In this document: one piece after another, positions 44,771-56,002 of the stretch | Numbering within the stretch: position 1 is the stretch's first letter | Layout: every line of letters starts with the position of its first letter | Virus record (IMG/VR): IMGVR_UViG_3300048442_000818 | Span: 1 to 64,000 of that record | Reading direction: 5' to 3' (one strand) | Source of the DNA: a virus | DNA: 64,000 nucleotides | The notes under the pieces: model-generated | What the model was told of the DNA's origin: nothing | Seen by the model: the letters and a program-made list of their open reading frames with translations, nothing else | Databases searched by the model: none | Made by a program: the position numbers and the translations under genes

Positions 44771-45463
44771 TTAATTCAAACTACCAGCAGCGGTTTGTGC
44801 AGAGGCCAGTTTTTCAAGTTCCTCTTTGGTCAGAGGAGGTAAAACCTCAAGAGCAAATTCCTGTGCCCAACTCTGCTCAACTTTGATTTGGTTGTTATTA
44901 CGACGATCCTTGAAGGTACGGATATTCAAGAATTTACGGGACTTCAGGTTTTTGTAAATACAATATGGTACATGGTAACCGTTTTCAGTTACTTCACCAA
45001 AGGGCACAAATTTACGTACAGTACCCATATACTCATTTGCAACAGTGATAATTTCACCCGGAAGATCCTTTTTCTTTGGATCCAGGTTAGTAATTCGTAG
45101 CCGTACTAGCTTTAGATTTTCTTCAGCTAGTTTTTGTCGAAGCGTTTTACGCTTCTTTTTCGGTGCTGGGGTGGATACCTCGGGATCTTCCATTGAAGGT
45201 ACGTTAGTGCCTCCACCCGATTGAGTAGTATTGCCCTGATCTTTATCACCGGACATTTTAGCTTGAATACGTTCTTTAAGCGTTTCAATGCCGATATTAT
45301 TGGAAAATTCAACACCCATCATACGAGCACGTTGTTTGAGCAAGGAAAGCTCATCAACACTATCATCGTTACTGTTTTGGGTTTGTTCCTTTGCTTGTTT
45401 GGTTTTATCTTCTTCTTTCATTTCAGCTTGCTCATTAGTATTGAGATTCTGATCTTCACTCAT
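44771..45463 (-). CDS. conserved protein (gp55-like)
   Basis: AAGGA RBS before ATG 45463; LKQRARMMG..FSNNIG, RITNLDPKK.DLPGEI. Confidence 0.8.
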   Translation of the reverse strand: MSEDQNLNTNEQAEMKEEDKTKQAKEQTQNSNDDSVDELSLLKQRARMMGVEFSNNIGIETLKERIQAKMSGDKDQGNTTQSGGGTNVPSMEDPEVSTPAPKKKRKTLRQKLAEENLKLVRLRITNLDPKKKDLPGEIITVANEYMGTVRKFVPFGEVTENGYHVPYCIYKNLKSRKFLNIRTFKDRRNNNQIKVEQSWAQEFALEVLPPLTKEELEKLASAQTAAGSLN

Positions 45464-45531
45464 GGTCTTATTCCTTAGGTTCAGAATGGATTGAACCAAG
45501 GGGAGCGAACTCCCCCTGGATCAGTTGCCCA

Positions 45532-46761
45532 TTATACCGGGGCGACGGTTTTGATTAGACCAATACGCTCAGGGCGCTTAACCAGGATACCGTAGTACCA
45601 CTTGATGGAACTGAAGCCAGTTTCACCATATGGATCATTACGGTCAGCGGTTTCACGACCCGGCATTTTAGTCAGTACGTTGAACTTCACAGTTTTACCA
45701 TCAGTTTGGAAGCCGATGGTGGTGAAGCTGTCATCGCCCACAACCAAAATGGGGAATACATCATAGCGCTCAGTACCGCCAACGGTAGAAGAACGATAAC
45801 CAGGGTTATCATCTACTTCAGCGCCAACGCCAGCCCAATGAAGCATCTCAGGAACCTGAACAAAACGGAAAGCATCAATAGAGCCAATCTCACCGTTAAG
45901 GATATTACCGGCATCAGCGTAGTGTTGAACTTCAACAAACGCTTTATTACCGAACAGATCCTGCATTTCTTTCAGCAGAGGTACCAACTCAGAACCCACA
46001 TAAGCTACCCGGCCAGCCGGAATAACTTTGGTATCGATCATCCGTGAACCAGTGATGATCTTGGTTTGCTTCGGAGTCCGGTTGTCAGTCAGGATTTGAT
46101 CCAGACGCATAAGGTTCCGGTAGCTAACCAGAGAAGCCGGTACAACCGCATTTGGATCGGTATCATCTTCTTCACCGGTAACCTCATCATCGCTGGTGGC
46201 AGCACCAGCATAGAGGGTTACACCAGCACTGGAGAGCAGGTCTTTCTGGAGTACAGCTTCAGTAAGCTGAACTGCACCATTCATCAATTCCCGGCTCAGG
46301 TGGTCCTTCAGGCTGTCATCAGAATCAAAATCCATAGATTCTTGGGTGAACTCATAGAAGAAACCAAACTTATGGATGGAACCTTCACGAGTTAGACGAG
46401 TGAAACCAATCCGGTTTACTCGGCCACCGTTCTCAGTAAGAGTCGGCAGTTTAGAGGTAATGGTGCCCACATCACGACTGGAACCATAGAGGTTACCATC
46501 AGCGATACTAACACCGTTTGCATCGATACCTTGATCGTTGATGTTACGATCATCAAGCAGAGGCACATACTCGTAAACCTTGATGGTTTTACCGTAGTGC
46601 TTCGGCATATTGGTAACACTCGCTAGAGGCATAAAATACTGCTCTTTGCGAGATTCGATGATGGACTTCTTCAGGTAGAAGAAGGTGTTCATTTGATCAG
46701 AACCGTCACCATCAACGGTGGACTTCTGACCATCAATCGGAGCGTTATAGTTAAGAGTCAT
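45532..46761 (-). CDS. major capsid protein (N4 gp56-like)
   Basis: [47 protein letters not shown]. Confidence 0.96.
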   Translation of the reverse strand: MTLNYNAPIDGQKSTVDGDGSDQMNTFFYLKKSIIESRKEQYFMPLASVTNMPKHYGKTIKVYEYVPLLDDRNINDQGIDANGVSIADGNLYGSSRDVGTITSKLPTLTENGGRVNRIGFTRLTREGSIHKFGFFYEFTQESMDFDSDDSLKDHLSRELMNGAVQLTEAVLQKDLLSSAGVTLYAGAATSDDEVTGEEDDTDPNAVVPASLVSYRNLMRLDQILTDNRTPKQTKIITGSRMIDTKVIPAGRVAYVGSELVPLLKEMQDLFGNKAFVEVQHYADAGNILNGEIGSIDAFRFVQVPEMLHWAGVGAEVDDNPGYRSSTVGGTERYDVFPILVVGDDSFTTIGFQTDGKTVKFNVLTKMPGRETADRNDPYGETGFSSIKWYYGILVKRPERIGLIKTVAPV

Positions 46762-46772
46762 GACCTAATTCC

Positions 46773-48077
46773 TTAAAGGCGATCTGCCATTTTTTTGAGA
46801 AACTCGTCATCTGACATTGCCAGAGGATTAACGATTTTCTCGGCTTTTTGGGTTGTACTGCGCGTTGCAGACGCTGCACTCGCTTTATCTCCATTCTTTA
46901 CTTGCGGTTTAGGCTGCTGAACTCTGGTAGCAACAGGAGTCTTTTCTGGAACTGGATCCTGTTGTTGTACCTGTTTTTGGGGGTTATTTTGAACCAGATC
47001 GGCAAAAGCGCCTGCTTGATTCATTTCATCCCCTACAGCTTTATACGCCGTAATGAACGATGTTTGAGCGGGAATAGCCCCAAGAGCTTTACGGCGTTCA
47101 ACCTCATTAGCGATACGTTCATAGATACCGTTTTCGCGTTGAGAGTGGATTACCGACATTAACTCAGGTGACTTCCACAACACTTCCTTACTGGCTTGAT
47201 CCCATTGGGAATTGATCGTTTGAAGAGTTTCCGTACCGCTTGGATTAGATCTAAGATCTTCCAATGCATTAACGAATGCAGCCTCTTCATCCGACACCCT
47301 GTGATTGCCTTCTCGGTAAGTCGGTTCTTGATTGGTATCGATATCCATAGGATCGATACCGGCCTCTTTGATGAGCTTTTTAATGGCTTCAGGGTTCTTC
47401 TTATCCAAATCAATTAGATAAGACAGTTTACCTTCATCCAGTAGCTCATTATTTTCCAGCATGAGCAGAACTTTTCGATACGGCGTAATAGCCTGCATCT
47501 TTTTGGTGTAGTTAGCACCCATCTGCATCAACTGAATTGCCTCTTCAGGCGAATTAAGTTGGATGGTTTTTCCATTTGCTTTTAATGGAGCCATCACTTG
47601 TTTGTAGAAAGCTTCATAATCTGGAGCTTCCTCTTTTTTATCCTTGTCTTCCTTTTCTTTACTTTCTGGATCCTTATCCTGTTCCTCTTTGGATTTAGGA
47701 TCAGGATCTTGTTTGTCAGGATCTTTATCGTCCTTTTTATCTTTGGGGTCAACCCCATCATCCTCTTTTTTAGAGGTGTCTTTAGGATCAACTACACTAT
47801 CATCATCTTTAGGGTCAGTGTTAGCTGGATCATCTTCATCACTTACAGTACCAGCTTCATGCTCAGGATCTTTATTTGGATCCTCTTCAGGATCTACCTC
47901 AGGCGGATCATCCTGGATTTTATCGGGATCTGGGTCATCATCAGTATTGGTATTATCTGGATCTGGAGTTACCTCACCAGGATCCTCCCCACCCGCCGAA
48001 GCAGGTGGGGAGTTCATGGTCAGGAACTCATCATCAGACATACCTAAGATGTCTTGATCTTCGTTCCTGGTACCCAT
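46773..48077 (-). CDS. gp57-like protein (often annotated tape measure; scaffold-like), acidic low-complexity N-terminus
   Basis: LKANGK, MQMGANYTKKMQ; MSDDEFL at both termini. Confidence 0.8.
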   Translation of the reverse strand: MGTRNEDQDILGMSDDEFLTMNSPPASAGGEDPGEVTPDPDNTNTDDDPDPDKIQDDPPEVDPEEDPNKDPEHEAGTVSDEDDPANTDPKDDDSVVDPKDTSKKEDDGVDPKDKKDDKDPDKQDPDPKSKEEQDKDPESKEKEDKDKKEEAPDYEAFYKQVMAPLKANGKTIQLNSPEEAIQLMQMGANYTKKMQAITPYRKVLLMLENNELLDEGKLSYLIDLDKKNPEAIKKLIKEAGIDPMDIDTNQEPTYREGNHRVSDEEAAFVNALEDLRSNPSGTETLQTINSQWDQASKEVLWKSPELMSVIHSQRENGIYERIANEVERRKALGAIPAQTSFITAYKAVGDEMNQAGAFADLVQNNPQKQVQQQDPVPEKTPVATRVQQPKPQVKNGDKASAASATRSTTQKAEKIVNPLAMSDDEFLKKMADRL

Positions 48078-48409
48078 TATTCACCCTCCTCCTGTCGAGC
48101 AGCTTCAATCTCATACTCAAGACCTTGAATGCTGCTTTCTGCTTGATTACCTAGAGTAACAACTACAGACAGGTAACGACGGAGATGACCAGCAGCTTGA
48201 GCAAGAGCAATGGCATCGGCACGTTCACGATCACCCAGGTTAGGATCAGCACTGGTTTGGGCGTAACGAGCACACTCATTAACACAGAATTCTTCGAGAA
48301 TTAGTTTCTTAAACTCTCGGTTACTATGGAGTTTAAGAGCCATTTCACGACGATTCATCAGTTGCTTGGCTTCTTCAAGTTGCTTTTCGAGTGCAAAGAC
48401 TTCAGACAT
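48077..48409 (-). CDS. gp58-like hypothetical protein
   Basis: Synteny; NREFKKLILEEF. Confidence 0.75.
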   Translation of the reverse strand: MSEVFALEKQLEEAKQLMNRREMALKLHSNREFKKLILEEFCVNECARYAQTSADPNLGDRERADAIALAQAAGHLRRYLSVVVTLGNQAESSIQGLEYEIEAARQEEGE

Positions 48410-48448
48410 GGCTGGTTGGTCCTTTTAGGTCCAGTTAATTAATACAGG

Positions 48449-50677
48449 TCAAGGTTGTATTGGTGGATTTTGCCTTGCCAATACATCTTGACCCCATGGG
48501 GACTCAGACGGATTGCCTTGGTCCTGTTCCCTTAATATATCACTAAGTTGGTTGAAACCGATAGCAGCTTCGATATCGGGATCACGTTCACCTTCTTTTC
48601 TTGCTTCAGTGAGCGCCTTAGTGACCTCAAGGTTCTGATTACCCTGAGACTGAGCTTGTTGCTTATCCATCTCACGGGCGTGTTTTGTACCTGTCTCTTG
48701 TTCAACAAAATCAAGATCAGCTTGGTCTTTCTTAGCTGCTGCTTCTGCTGCTTTGGCATTATTGAGATTAATCTCACTCTGAATCTCTTGATTCTCTAAT
48801 CTCAATTTCTCAACTTCTAATTGAGCTTTCTCTTGCTCAACTGGATCAGGTGTTGGTTCCCAATTCTTCAATTGATGTGCCAAAGACGGCATACGTTTCA
48901 ATGTAGCAATTTCAGACAGAATAGTCATGCTAATTTTAGGATCCATGTTTGGACCCATGGTTTGTAGCATAAAGCCTAGATCCTGCGCTTTAGCGTCATC
49001 AACCTCAGCAGTTGCAATATCTACTTCAAGATCGAAATTGCCTTTAAGATCCTCACGATTAACCGTAACGAAATCATCATTGGTAACTCTAACAACTTCT
49101 TCTTCAGAAAGAAACTCTGAGTTCATAGCAATGATTTTAGTGCCGATCTCAGACATCCCTTTGGCTAAACGACGGAGAATAGCCATTTCACGCTTAGAAG
49201 CTGCATCTAATACGCTACGGGTATTAGCTGCTACATCCCCGTAACTGTCACCAGAAATACCCCCACTGAACGATTTGACCCCTGTTAGAGCTTCTGCTTC
49301 TTGGTTCTGGAGATTAAGCATCAGCATGGCTGATTGGGGGATTTCAGGGTATTTATGTTCAATGATGCCCTGGTTAGTAGGCATATTGGGGTTGAATTCA
49401 TAATCCTGACCGTTCTCATACCGACGACGGTTTAATGGATCCAACATGCCCTTAGCAAAGCCTTGCTGACTGTTTGCTGAACGACCCAGTAGATCGATCA
49501 TACCCCGTGTTACAGCGCCTAGAATCGCTTGGTTATCCCCAAGCATCTCAGCATCAGGTTCACCGTACAGATCACGTTTGATGGGCAAATAGGGAACCAG
49601 AACAAAGGGGAGTTTATTGTCTGGGAATGGGTTTAATTCCATCCGAATAAGTGTATCCCCGATCCAGGTAGCAACAAACGGAACTAACTCACCATCATCC
49701 TCAAGATCATAGAAACCCCAGTATTCGTAAGCGACTACTTTTTTACGCATCGCATCACTGAAGTTATATTCTTGGGGTGTGGTGGTTTCGTGGTCCGGTT
49801 GAGAAAGAGGAGTACTACCTTCCCAGTTAACTCGATCTAAATTTTTATACCGTTTACCTTCTTTTTTTAACTCTGCTTGATTTGTTTCAAATGAAACAAT
49901 AACAAATAGGGCTTTATCTAAATCACCATTACAAGAGGGATCAATAACCACATTGGCTGGATTCATGATCTCAACAGTAGGACGATTTTCAATAACCTTT
50001 TCAGATTCAATCTCTTCTTCACCCACCTGAACAGCAACAGTAATTAGTTCCTGTTCTTCATAAAGTTCAACAGCCGCTTTTAGTGCAGGGCTAACCTGTT
50101 CGTTGAACATTCGTGGATTTTCAAGTTTAGTTTCCAATGCTTGCTGGAAAATCTGAAGATCTTGCTCATCAGTAATTTCATAATGTTCCCATACAGGAAC
50201 AGTAGAATTTACAGTTTTAGTGACACGTTTCCAACCTAGACGAGCAACACACGTACCTTCATCAACTGTTGAACGCACGTAATCATCAATTAATTTAACT
50301 CTGTTTAGTTTAGTACGGAATTGCCAATTAAGTACTAATTCATTCTGTCTTGCACTATCTGTATCTTCCCAAGTAACGGGGTCAACTTTGAACAATCTAT
50401 CTGAACTAAGAAATGGCTCAGATAAAGCAGAGTATCGCCACTCAGCTTGGCGACGAACAAGCTTGGGTTGAACACTAGAACGTCCTTTTACTTTAGGGGG
50501 ACGTGCTTTACCCCGGATCTTAAGTAGATCAGTCCATTCTTCGATACGCTGTAACTGAGCATCATGAGAAGGTTTGGCTTGTTCCAAATCTTGCTTAAGA
50601 GTCAGCAATGTAGGTTCGTTCTTCCAATTCGTCATTTTTTTAGCGAACGGAGTACGGGGTAATTGACTATTGTCCAT
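48449..50677 (-). CDS. portal protein (N4 gp59-like)
   Basis: [39 protein letters not shown]. Confidence 0.94.
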   Translation of the reverse strand: MDNSQLPRTPFAKKMTNWKNEPTLLTLKQDLEQAKPSHDAQLQRIEEWTDLLKIRGKARPPKVKGRSSVQPKLVRRQAEWRYSALSEPFLSSDRLFKVDPVTWEDTDSARQNELVLNWQFRTKLNRVKLIDDYVRSTVDEGTCVARLGWKRVTKTVNSTVPVWEHYEITDEQDLQIFQQALETKLENPRMFNEQVSPALKAAVELYEEQELITVAVQVGEEEIESEKVIENRPTVEIMNPANVVIDPSCNGDLDKALFVIVSFETNQAELKKEGKRYKNLDRVNWEGSTPLSQPDHETTTPQEYNFSDAMRKKVVAYEYWGFYDLEDDGELVPFVATWIGDTLIRMELNPFPDNKLPFVLVPYLPIKRDLYGEPDAEMLGDNQAILGAVTRGMIDLLGRSANSQQGFAKGMLDPLNRRRYENGQDYEFNPNMPTNQGIIEHKYPEIPQSAMLMLNLQNQEAEALTGVKSFSGGISGDSYGDVAANTRSVLDAASKREMAILRRLAKGMSEIGTKIIAMNSEFLSEEEVVRVTNDDFVTVNREDLKGNFDLEVDIATAEVDDAKAQDLGFMLQTMGPNMDPKISMTILSEIATLKRMPSLAHQLKNWEPTPDPVEQEKAQLEVEKLRLENQEIQSEINLNNAKAAEAAAKKDQADLDFVEQETGTKHAREMDKQQAQSQGNQNLEVTKALTEARKEGERDPDIEAAIGFNQLSDILREQDQGNPSESPWGQDVLARQNPPIQP

Positions 50678-51221
50678 TGGTTCCGCCTACAGTTTCGTCG
50701 CTTAGGAGAGTTCGATCATTCATGATCTGTTCGCCTAATCGTCTGAGTTGGTTTTCACGGAGTCTAAGAGTGTCCCTGAGTTCTCGTACCAAATATCTAC
50801 CCTCTTCAAGAGATTGGTCGAGTTCGGCTGCATGGCTTGCAAGACTTCTACACTCAGCGGCTCCACTTTCGGCCTGACGTTGATATACTCTGGCTCGCTC
50901 GGTACTGTTCTGCAACCTACGCTCATACTCAGAACGCTGATTAGCAATAGCCACTTCATATTCGCGTTGAGCTTCAGATAGTTCATGGGTAATCCTCGTA
51001 TTTTCTTCCCGAAACTCTTCTTCTTTATCAGCAATGATATCTTTTAATCGCTTAATTTCTTTGCGCTCTGCTTTTTTGGCTTCATCCCATTTATCTTGAA
51101 CTTCATTTGAACCATGGGAAACACCTGCATCATAGAGTTTATACGCCCCATACCCAATAAGGGCAATCACCATTAGGTATGGTAAGGCTTTCAAAAGATA
51201 TTTACCGATTAGCGGACCCAT
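50667..51221 (-). CDS. Rz-like i-spanin
   Basis: N-terminal TM helix followed by coiled coil; follows the endolysin. Confidence 0.85.
   Translation of the reverse strand: MGPLIGKYLLKALPYLMVIALIGYGAYKLYDAGVSHGSNEVQDKWDEAKKAERKEIKRLKDIIADKEEEFREENTRITHELSEAQREYEVAIANQRSEYERRLQNSTERARVYQRQAESGAAECRSLASHAAELDQSLEEGRYLVRELRDTLRLRENQLRRLGEQIMNDRTLLSDETVGGTNGQ
50735..50959 (-). CDS. Rz1-like o-spanin lipoprotein embedded in the i-spanin gene
   Basis: [16 protein letters not shown] lipobox in an alternative frame; Pro-containing mature part. Confidence 0.85.
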   Translation of the reverse strand: MKWLLLISVLSMSVGCRTVPSEPEYINVRPKVEPLSVEVLQAMQPNSTNLLKRVDIWYENSGTLLDSVKTNSDD

Positions 51222-51825
51222 AATCTTGGCAAGCCTTTAAAGGTACGTTACTAATTCTATGATCTACCCACCCCACAGTAAATTGGGGTAAGTGATCAAG
51301 TTCCATGTAATATACAGCTTGTTGTGCATCAATTAACTTAATAATCAATTCACAAGCTTTCACATCACCACGAATACGTTCAAGAGATTCATACGCATTA
51401 ATTGTTGCTGGACCTACTCTACCATCAACACTTATTTCTAGGTAGTCCAAACCATCTCTGTTTAACGAGTTCAATGCTTTTTGGAACCAACGGGATGGAC
51501 GGGTAGGGCCGGTATTCACACCAGCATCAATTAATTTATGAGCTACTGCTGGTTGAATCTGAACCAGGGGAAGAAATCCCGGCTTGTCTATGTAATCTTC
51601 GTAGTAGATCTCTTGAGCAAACTCTTTGGGGAGGTTCTGCATTGGTCCCACATAACCGTGGTTACGTGCTACCTCTTCTGTGATGCCGTGGTTAGTGGCT
51701 CCACCAGGATCATCGGGATTGTTAACGTAACCCCCTTCCACATTAAAAATAGCGGCAATAATTAATGCACCGATACCGGCAACACTACCGCCTATTAGAC
51801 CTTTTTTTGTGGTAGAGCGCTTCAT
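51202..51825 (-). CDS. endolysin, glycoside hydrolase family 108 with a SAR-like N-terminal segment
   Basis: EGGYVNNPDDPGGATNHGIT; VDGRVGPAT; GWV..RI; Gly/Ala-rich hydrophobic N-terminus after basic residues. Confidence 0.92.
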   Translation of the reverse strand: MKRSTTKKGLIGGSVAGIGALIIAAIFNVEGGYVNNPDDPGGATNHGITEEVARNHGYVGPMQNLPKEFAQEIYYEDYIDKPGFLPLVQIQPAVAHKLIDAGVNTGPTRPSRWFQKALNSLNRDGLDYLEISVDGRVGPATINAYESLERIRGDVKACELIIKLIDAQQAVYYMELDHLPQFTVGWVDHRISNVPLKACQDYGSANR

Positions 51826-52154
51826 AGACCTCGTTCCCTGATAGCAGCTAATTGAGCTTCGTGAAGCTCTTTACGGCGTCTCTCTTCAGCTAGTTGTAAC
51901 TCACGTTTGAACTCAATTTGTTCTGTTTCTCTGCGATCCCTTCTACGTTGAAAATAATAGTTAATCAAGAAACCGAGGACAGTTACAAGAATACCAATCA
52001 GAACAGCAGCAGCATTGCTGGTAAACCAACCGAAAATACTAGCCATGGTACCCCCTCCCATACCCCATTTAGATGCTATCGAAGATACCGTGGCATCTAC
52101 TGCTGTATCTTGAAGAGACATACGATTCCCCAAAGGTTTGCTGTTAGTGTTCAT
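51822..52154 (-). CDS. holin
   Basis: TM segment AAAVLIGILVTVLGFLINYYF followed by a basic tail; precedes the endolysin; GAGG RBS before ATG 52154. Confidence 0.75.
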   Translation of the reverse strand: MNTNSKPLGNRMSLQDTAVDATVSSIASKWGMGGGTMASIFGWFTSNAAAVLIGILVTVLGFLINYYFQRRRDRRETEQIEFKRELQLAEERRRKELHEAQLAAIRERGL

Positions 52155-52226
52155 TGGAATCCTCATCCTGTGAGGGATTGTTACATTTTAGAGGGTTTCT
52201 GTGTACAAAAATATCCTCTAAAACAC

Positions 52227-55145
52227 CTATTCAGATTCATCTGGGTTAGCGTAAACCACTAGATTCCCCGATGTTGCATAGAATGTTTGGGTATCGCTAC
52301 TGTAATTTAATTGGGAGCGTCTTGGAACATAAGTGTAATCACTCAATACCCAGGATTCTCCAGGCAGCTTCATTGCTAGATTTGTTGGGGAAGAGTAAGT
52401 AGATGCCCACATAACTTGGTCATTTGCACCAATATCACTGATACCCCAAGAATCTTCTGTTAAATCCCATAATAATTGTTCAAACTGCCAATCTTGACCT
52501 AATAAATTGCAACTAACAACTTTACGGTTAGTAGTTAAAATATAGATTCTACCATCAAATTGTACCGTCTTGTTAAAATTTAAACCTGCCAAATCACCTG
52601 TTAACTCAGGAAGTATTGTTACATTTTTACTTGACGGATCGTAAATATAACGCCCACCACCTAATACTAAATAAGTGTTATCACTTAATTTATGTGAACA
52701 ATTTAGTCTACCCTGGTTAACTAACTCACTTGGTCCGTAGAACAATTCCCACTTGTCTACTTGAGAACTATCTGGTGATACTGTTCCAAATAAATTAATA
52801 CCATTCATTGTTCTACAGAACAGTAATCTATCTCCTGTTGTATCATATGGGATAATAACAGGGAATTGTGTTGTAGAACCTCTTAGAAAATCATCATAGG
52901 GAAAACTCACATCACCATTGGGATTTTGAGCATATAAACCAATGCCGGCAGTTATATATAAACTATCCCCAACACTGATTATATCTCCATTATTTGTTAA
53001 TGAGTCTGTGAATTCACCAAATACATTTATATTGGTGTACTCATCCCAAACATCTAAAGCAGTGTTACTAATAAAATGAGTTGGTGATATAGCATCTTCT
53101 TTTAGTATTACTCTATTATCTGATAGTACTTTATAACGACCAGGTTCAAACTCACGTTCACCACCAAACGGAGTAGGTATTTTTGGTATAATTGAGTTAT
53201 TGGTGACAAGTTCCCAAACAAGGAAATTATTTTCCCAACTGCTTGAGGAAATTCCTGTTGATTTAAACAGATAAAGTTCCCCATCTGAATCTTTTGTTTG
53301 GGTCATATAGGCAGTATCACCTATAATAAAGGTAAAGGAGTTACCCATATATTCTGGGTATGGTGGACCACTTATAGGTGAAACTCCTTCACCACCATTC
53401 CAGTTAACAAAGTCTGAAGTACTGTAGACATAACTAGTATCAGGGAAGTAGAAATAATCCCCATAACAAAAAATACCATATACGAATTTTGCAACTCTGT
53501 GCCAAGATAAACCATCACTGGTGTAGAAAACAGATGCCCGTAATTGAGATGTATCCGTTGTAGTGACAAATGCGGTATAGGATCCATTACCAACAATATT
53601 ACCTAATACTTCAAATTCAAAACCACTGGTGTTAAAACCATTATCAAATGAATTTGCTTTGGTCCAGGTATCACCATTATCATTGCTTACAAGAAATCTT
53701 TCTGCATAGTAAGCATTATCCTGACTACCAGTAAATTTATTATGTACAGCATATATTTTGTTACCAAATACATGAAAATTAAAGTTACTGCTAATAGTTG
53801 AATCTATATCTGATACATATACTTCAGTATAAGAATTATTTTTTAGTTTTAAAAATACAATTCTAATATCGTCTTCAGATATAAACTTACTAGCAGTGAT
53901 TAATAAACCACCGTCATTAGTTCCTGTACCACTACCTAGAGAATATGGATGCTCTGTGCAGGCCCCATTAACCGGTTCATAGATTGAACCGTTTAATTTG
54001 TATGTATTTTCTCCAGAGACAAAAAGCTCATTATTTGCTTTTTGAAAGTTAGTCAGTCTAGCTGTATCAACAGTAAAAGCCTCTGATCTGATACTAATTG
54101 TTATTGGGTTCTCTTCACCAAAATTCAAAGTATCTTTAAAAGGTGCTCTATTTTTTGTTGAATCTTTATTTACTAGGTAATGTACTTTACCTGCATAAGA
54201 AATAGTATCTAAAATTTCTTCATTACCTAAATCTACATCCAACACTTTAATCCATTCTGGAATGTCTGGATGAGATTCATATGTTGCTGTGTCAGGGTAG
54301 CTATAACTGAACTCATCAGGTAGCTGAGTTAATTTAGCAGTAAAATCAATGTTACGGGGTTGTCCATAATCAATAGCAGTAATATTGGTAGTGCCCATAT
54401 TAGGTAAATATTCAGTGATACTACTTAAAATAGCTACACTTGTTAATAAATTACCATCTACATAAAATAAAACTGAATTTGTTGATGGTTTAAATTGTAA
54501 TGCAAAAACAGTTGTTAGGGGTACTTCAATTCGGCCAATACCACCTGAACCATCTGCATACATCAACTGGATAATGCTTGTGTCCTCTGAAGACACAGTT
54601 AAGTAAGCAACACCAGCACCAATCTCTGTCAGGGTCCAAGTGAAATTAGCACCCGATAGTGTATTAAATTGGAATTCTATGACTGAATTTGGGGGTGTTT
54701 CTGCGACAAGATCTGGGTACTCAACCATACCGCCCACACCCACCCCAAAAGTGCTTGCTGGAGCAGATGCTGAACCAGTAACAGTGAACCCCCAGTCTGT
54801 TTGTTCTACTGAACTGTTTTCCCCAATAGCCTGCCAAATGATTGGATATTCCAGAGAAGGTTTTATATAGGCAGGGATACTTACAACACCCTCACCATCA
54901 GAAATATTTGCATTTTCTGGTGATGTTAATAGCACGCTAAATTGCGTATCTACTGTGGCAGGTGATTGATCCACTATTGGAATGAAAATATCCTTTTCAG
55001 TTTCTCCTGGGCGAAACGTAAGTACCCCGGACTTCACTTCATAGAAATCCGGGGCAATGGCTGTACCGTCTTGAGTGGTATATTCCACTGTAACTGTTTC
55101 AGGAGTCATCTCACTCAAAACAACAGTGAACCGTGCTTGTTTCAT
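52227..55145 (-). CDS. putative adhesin / tail appendage protein: Calx-beta N-terminus and Asp-box beta-propeller-like region
   Basis: FTVVLS..VTVEYTTQDGTA..GVLTFRPGETEK; SNDNGDTW, TSDGLSW, STSDFVNW. Confidence 0.75.
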   Translation of the reverse strand: MKQARFTVVLSEMTPETVTVEYTTQDGTAIAPDFYEVKSGVLTFRPGETEKDIFIPIVDQSPATVDTQFSVLLTSPENANISDGEGVVSIPAYIKPSLEYPIIWQAIGENSSVEQTDWGFTVTGSASAPASTFGVGVGGMVEYPDLVAETPPNSVIEFQFNTLSGANFTWTLTEIGAGVAYLTVSSEDTSIIQLMYADGSGGIGRIEVPLTTVFALQFKPSTNSVLFYVDGNLLTSVAILSSITEYLPNMGTTNITAIDYGQPRNIDFTAKLTQLPDEFSYSYPDTATYESHPDIPEWIKVLDVDLGNEEILDTISYAGKVHYLVNKDSTKNRAPFKDTLNFGEENPITISIRSEAFTVDTARLTNFQKANNELFVSGENTYKLNGSIYEPVNGACTEHPYSLGSGTGTNDGGLLITASKFISEDDIRIVFLKLKNNSYTEVYVSDIDSTISSNFNFHVFGNKIYAVHNKFTGSQDNAYYAERFLVSNDNGDTWTKANSFDNGFNTSGFEFEVLGNIVGNGSYTAFVTTTDTSQLRASVFYTSDGLSWHRVAKFVYGIFCYGDYFYFPDTSYVYSTSDFVNWNGGEGVSPISGPPYPEYMGNSFTFIIGDTAYMTQTKDSDGELYLFKSTGISSSSWENNFLVWELVTNNSIIPKIPTPFGGEREFEPGRYKVLSDNRVILKEDAISPTHFISNTALDVWDEYTNINVFGEFTDSLTNNGDIISVGDSLYITAGIGLYAQNPNGDVSFPYDDFLRGSTTQFPVIIPYDTTGDRLLFCRTMNGINLFGTVSPDSSQVDKWELFYGPSELVNQGRLNCSHKLSDNTYLVLGGGRYIYDPSSKNVTILPELTGDLAGLNFNKTVQFDGRIYILTTNRKVVSCNLLGQDWQFEQLLWDLTEDSWGISDIGANDQVMWASTYSSPTNLAMKLPGESWVLSDYTYVPRRSQLNYSSDTQTFYATSGNLVVYANPDESE

Positions 55146-55156
55146 TTTTATACCCT

Positions 55157-56002
55157 TCAGATTGTAATACCTGAACCAGTGAGGGGAATACTGAGTACTT
55201 GTCTTGGTAAATCTTCCCTTGATAGATACACAATAATGTATCCGTTATATTCTCTTACTTCGGTTGGTTGGAAACCAATTTCTATAGTATTTGTGTCATT
55301 TGGTTCCATAGTAGTATCTACTAGGCTGCCCCCCGACACTAAAGTGAATACACCAGTAACGGTCACAGAATCGATAACAAAACTGACATTACCAGAATTT
55401 TCCAGAGTTACTGCTAGAACTTCACTATCTACAAGATTGACTTCTATATCACCAAAATCCAACGATTCAGGTGTTATGGAGGCAGCCATAACTTGAGGTT
55501 CAGGATCAGGATCTGGATCAGATTCGTCAATGACACCATCCAAGATGCTTAAGGTTTCTGCTTGGGGTTCAGGTGAGTTAGTAGCACCATACCCAATGAA
55601 CTCAATGAATTCTTTGCCTCTGGCATCACCAGTATCAATGTAAACACCGCCAGTGTTTAAACCTACATTTTTAGGTTTAAAAGTGACATTGAGTTCAAAT
55701 GTTTCATCAGGTTCCAGAGTTGCCGGTGCGTTATGACTAACAATAAATGCACCCACAGGGGTGATATCGACAATATTTAATGGTCGGTAGCCTGTATTGC
55801 GTACTGTCCCTGTTTGGGACGTAGATAACTCATCGACCATTAAGGTACCGAAGGTCATCTTAGAGGGAGTTACATCAGCATCATAGGGATACTCATCACG
55901 ATGCATATCATGAATTACACGACTGGAGGCATCCCGATTAGGGCTATAGGCATCAATCGGGATATAACCCTCTGGCTTATCGCCGTAAGGACCATGTGTC
56001 AT
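55157..56002 (-). CDS. virion protein with two ASH / choice-of-anchor-D Ig-like domains
   Basis: VTPSKMTFG..VRNTG..L.P.E...V.FKP and ITPESLDFG..LENSG..FQP. Confidence 0.75.
   Translation of the reverse strand: MTHGPYGDKPEGYIPIDAYSPNRDASSRVIHDMHRDEYPYDADVTPSKMTFGTLMVDELSTSQTGTVRNTGYRPLNIVDITPVGAFIVSHNAPATLEPDETFELNVTFKPKNVGLNTGGVYIDTGDARGKEFIEFIGYGATNSPEPQAETLSILDGVIDESDPDPDPEPQVMAASITPESLDFGDIEVNLVDSEVLAVTLENSGNVSFVIDSVTVTGVFTLVSGGSLVDTTMEPNDTNTIEIGFQPTEVREYNGYIIVYLSREDLPRQVLSIPLTGSGITI

Noticed and set aside
47598-48154. + strand ORFs of 92-149 aa opposite the gp57-like gene
   Set aside because: Antisense shadows of a low-complexity acidic tract; no RBS context.
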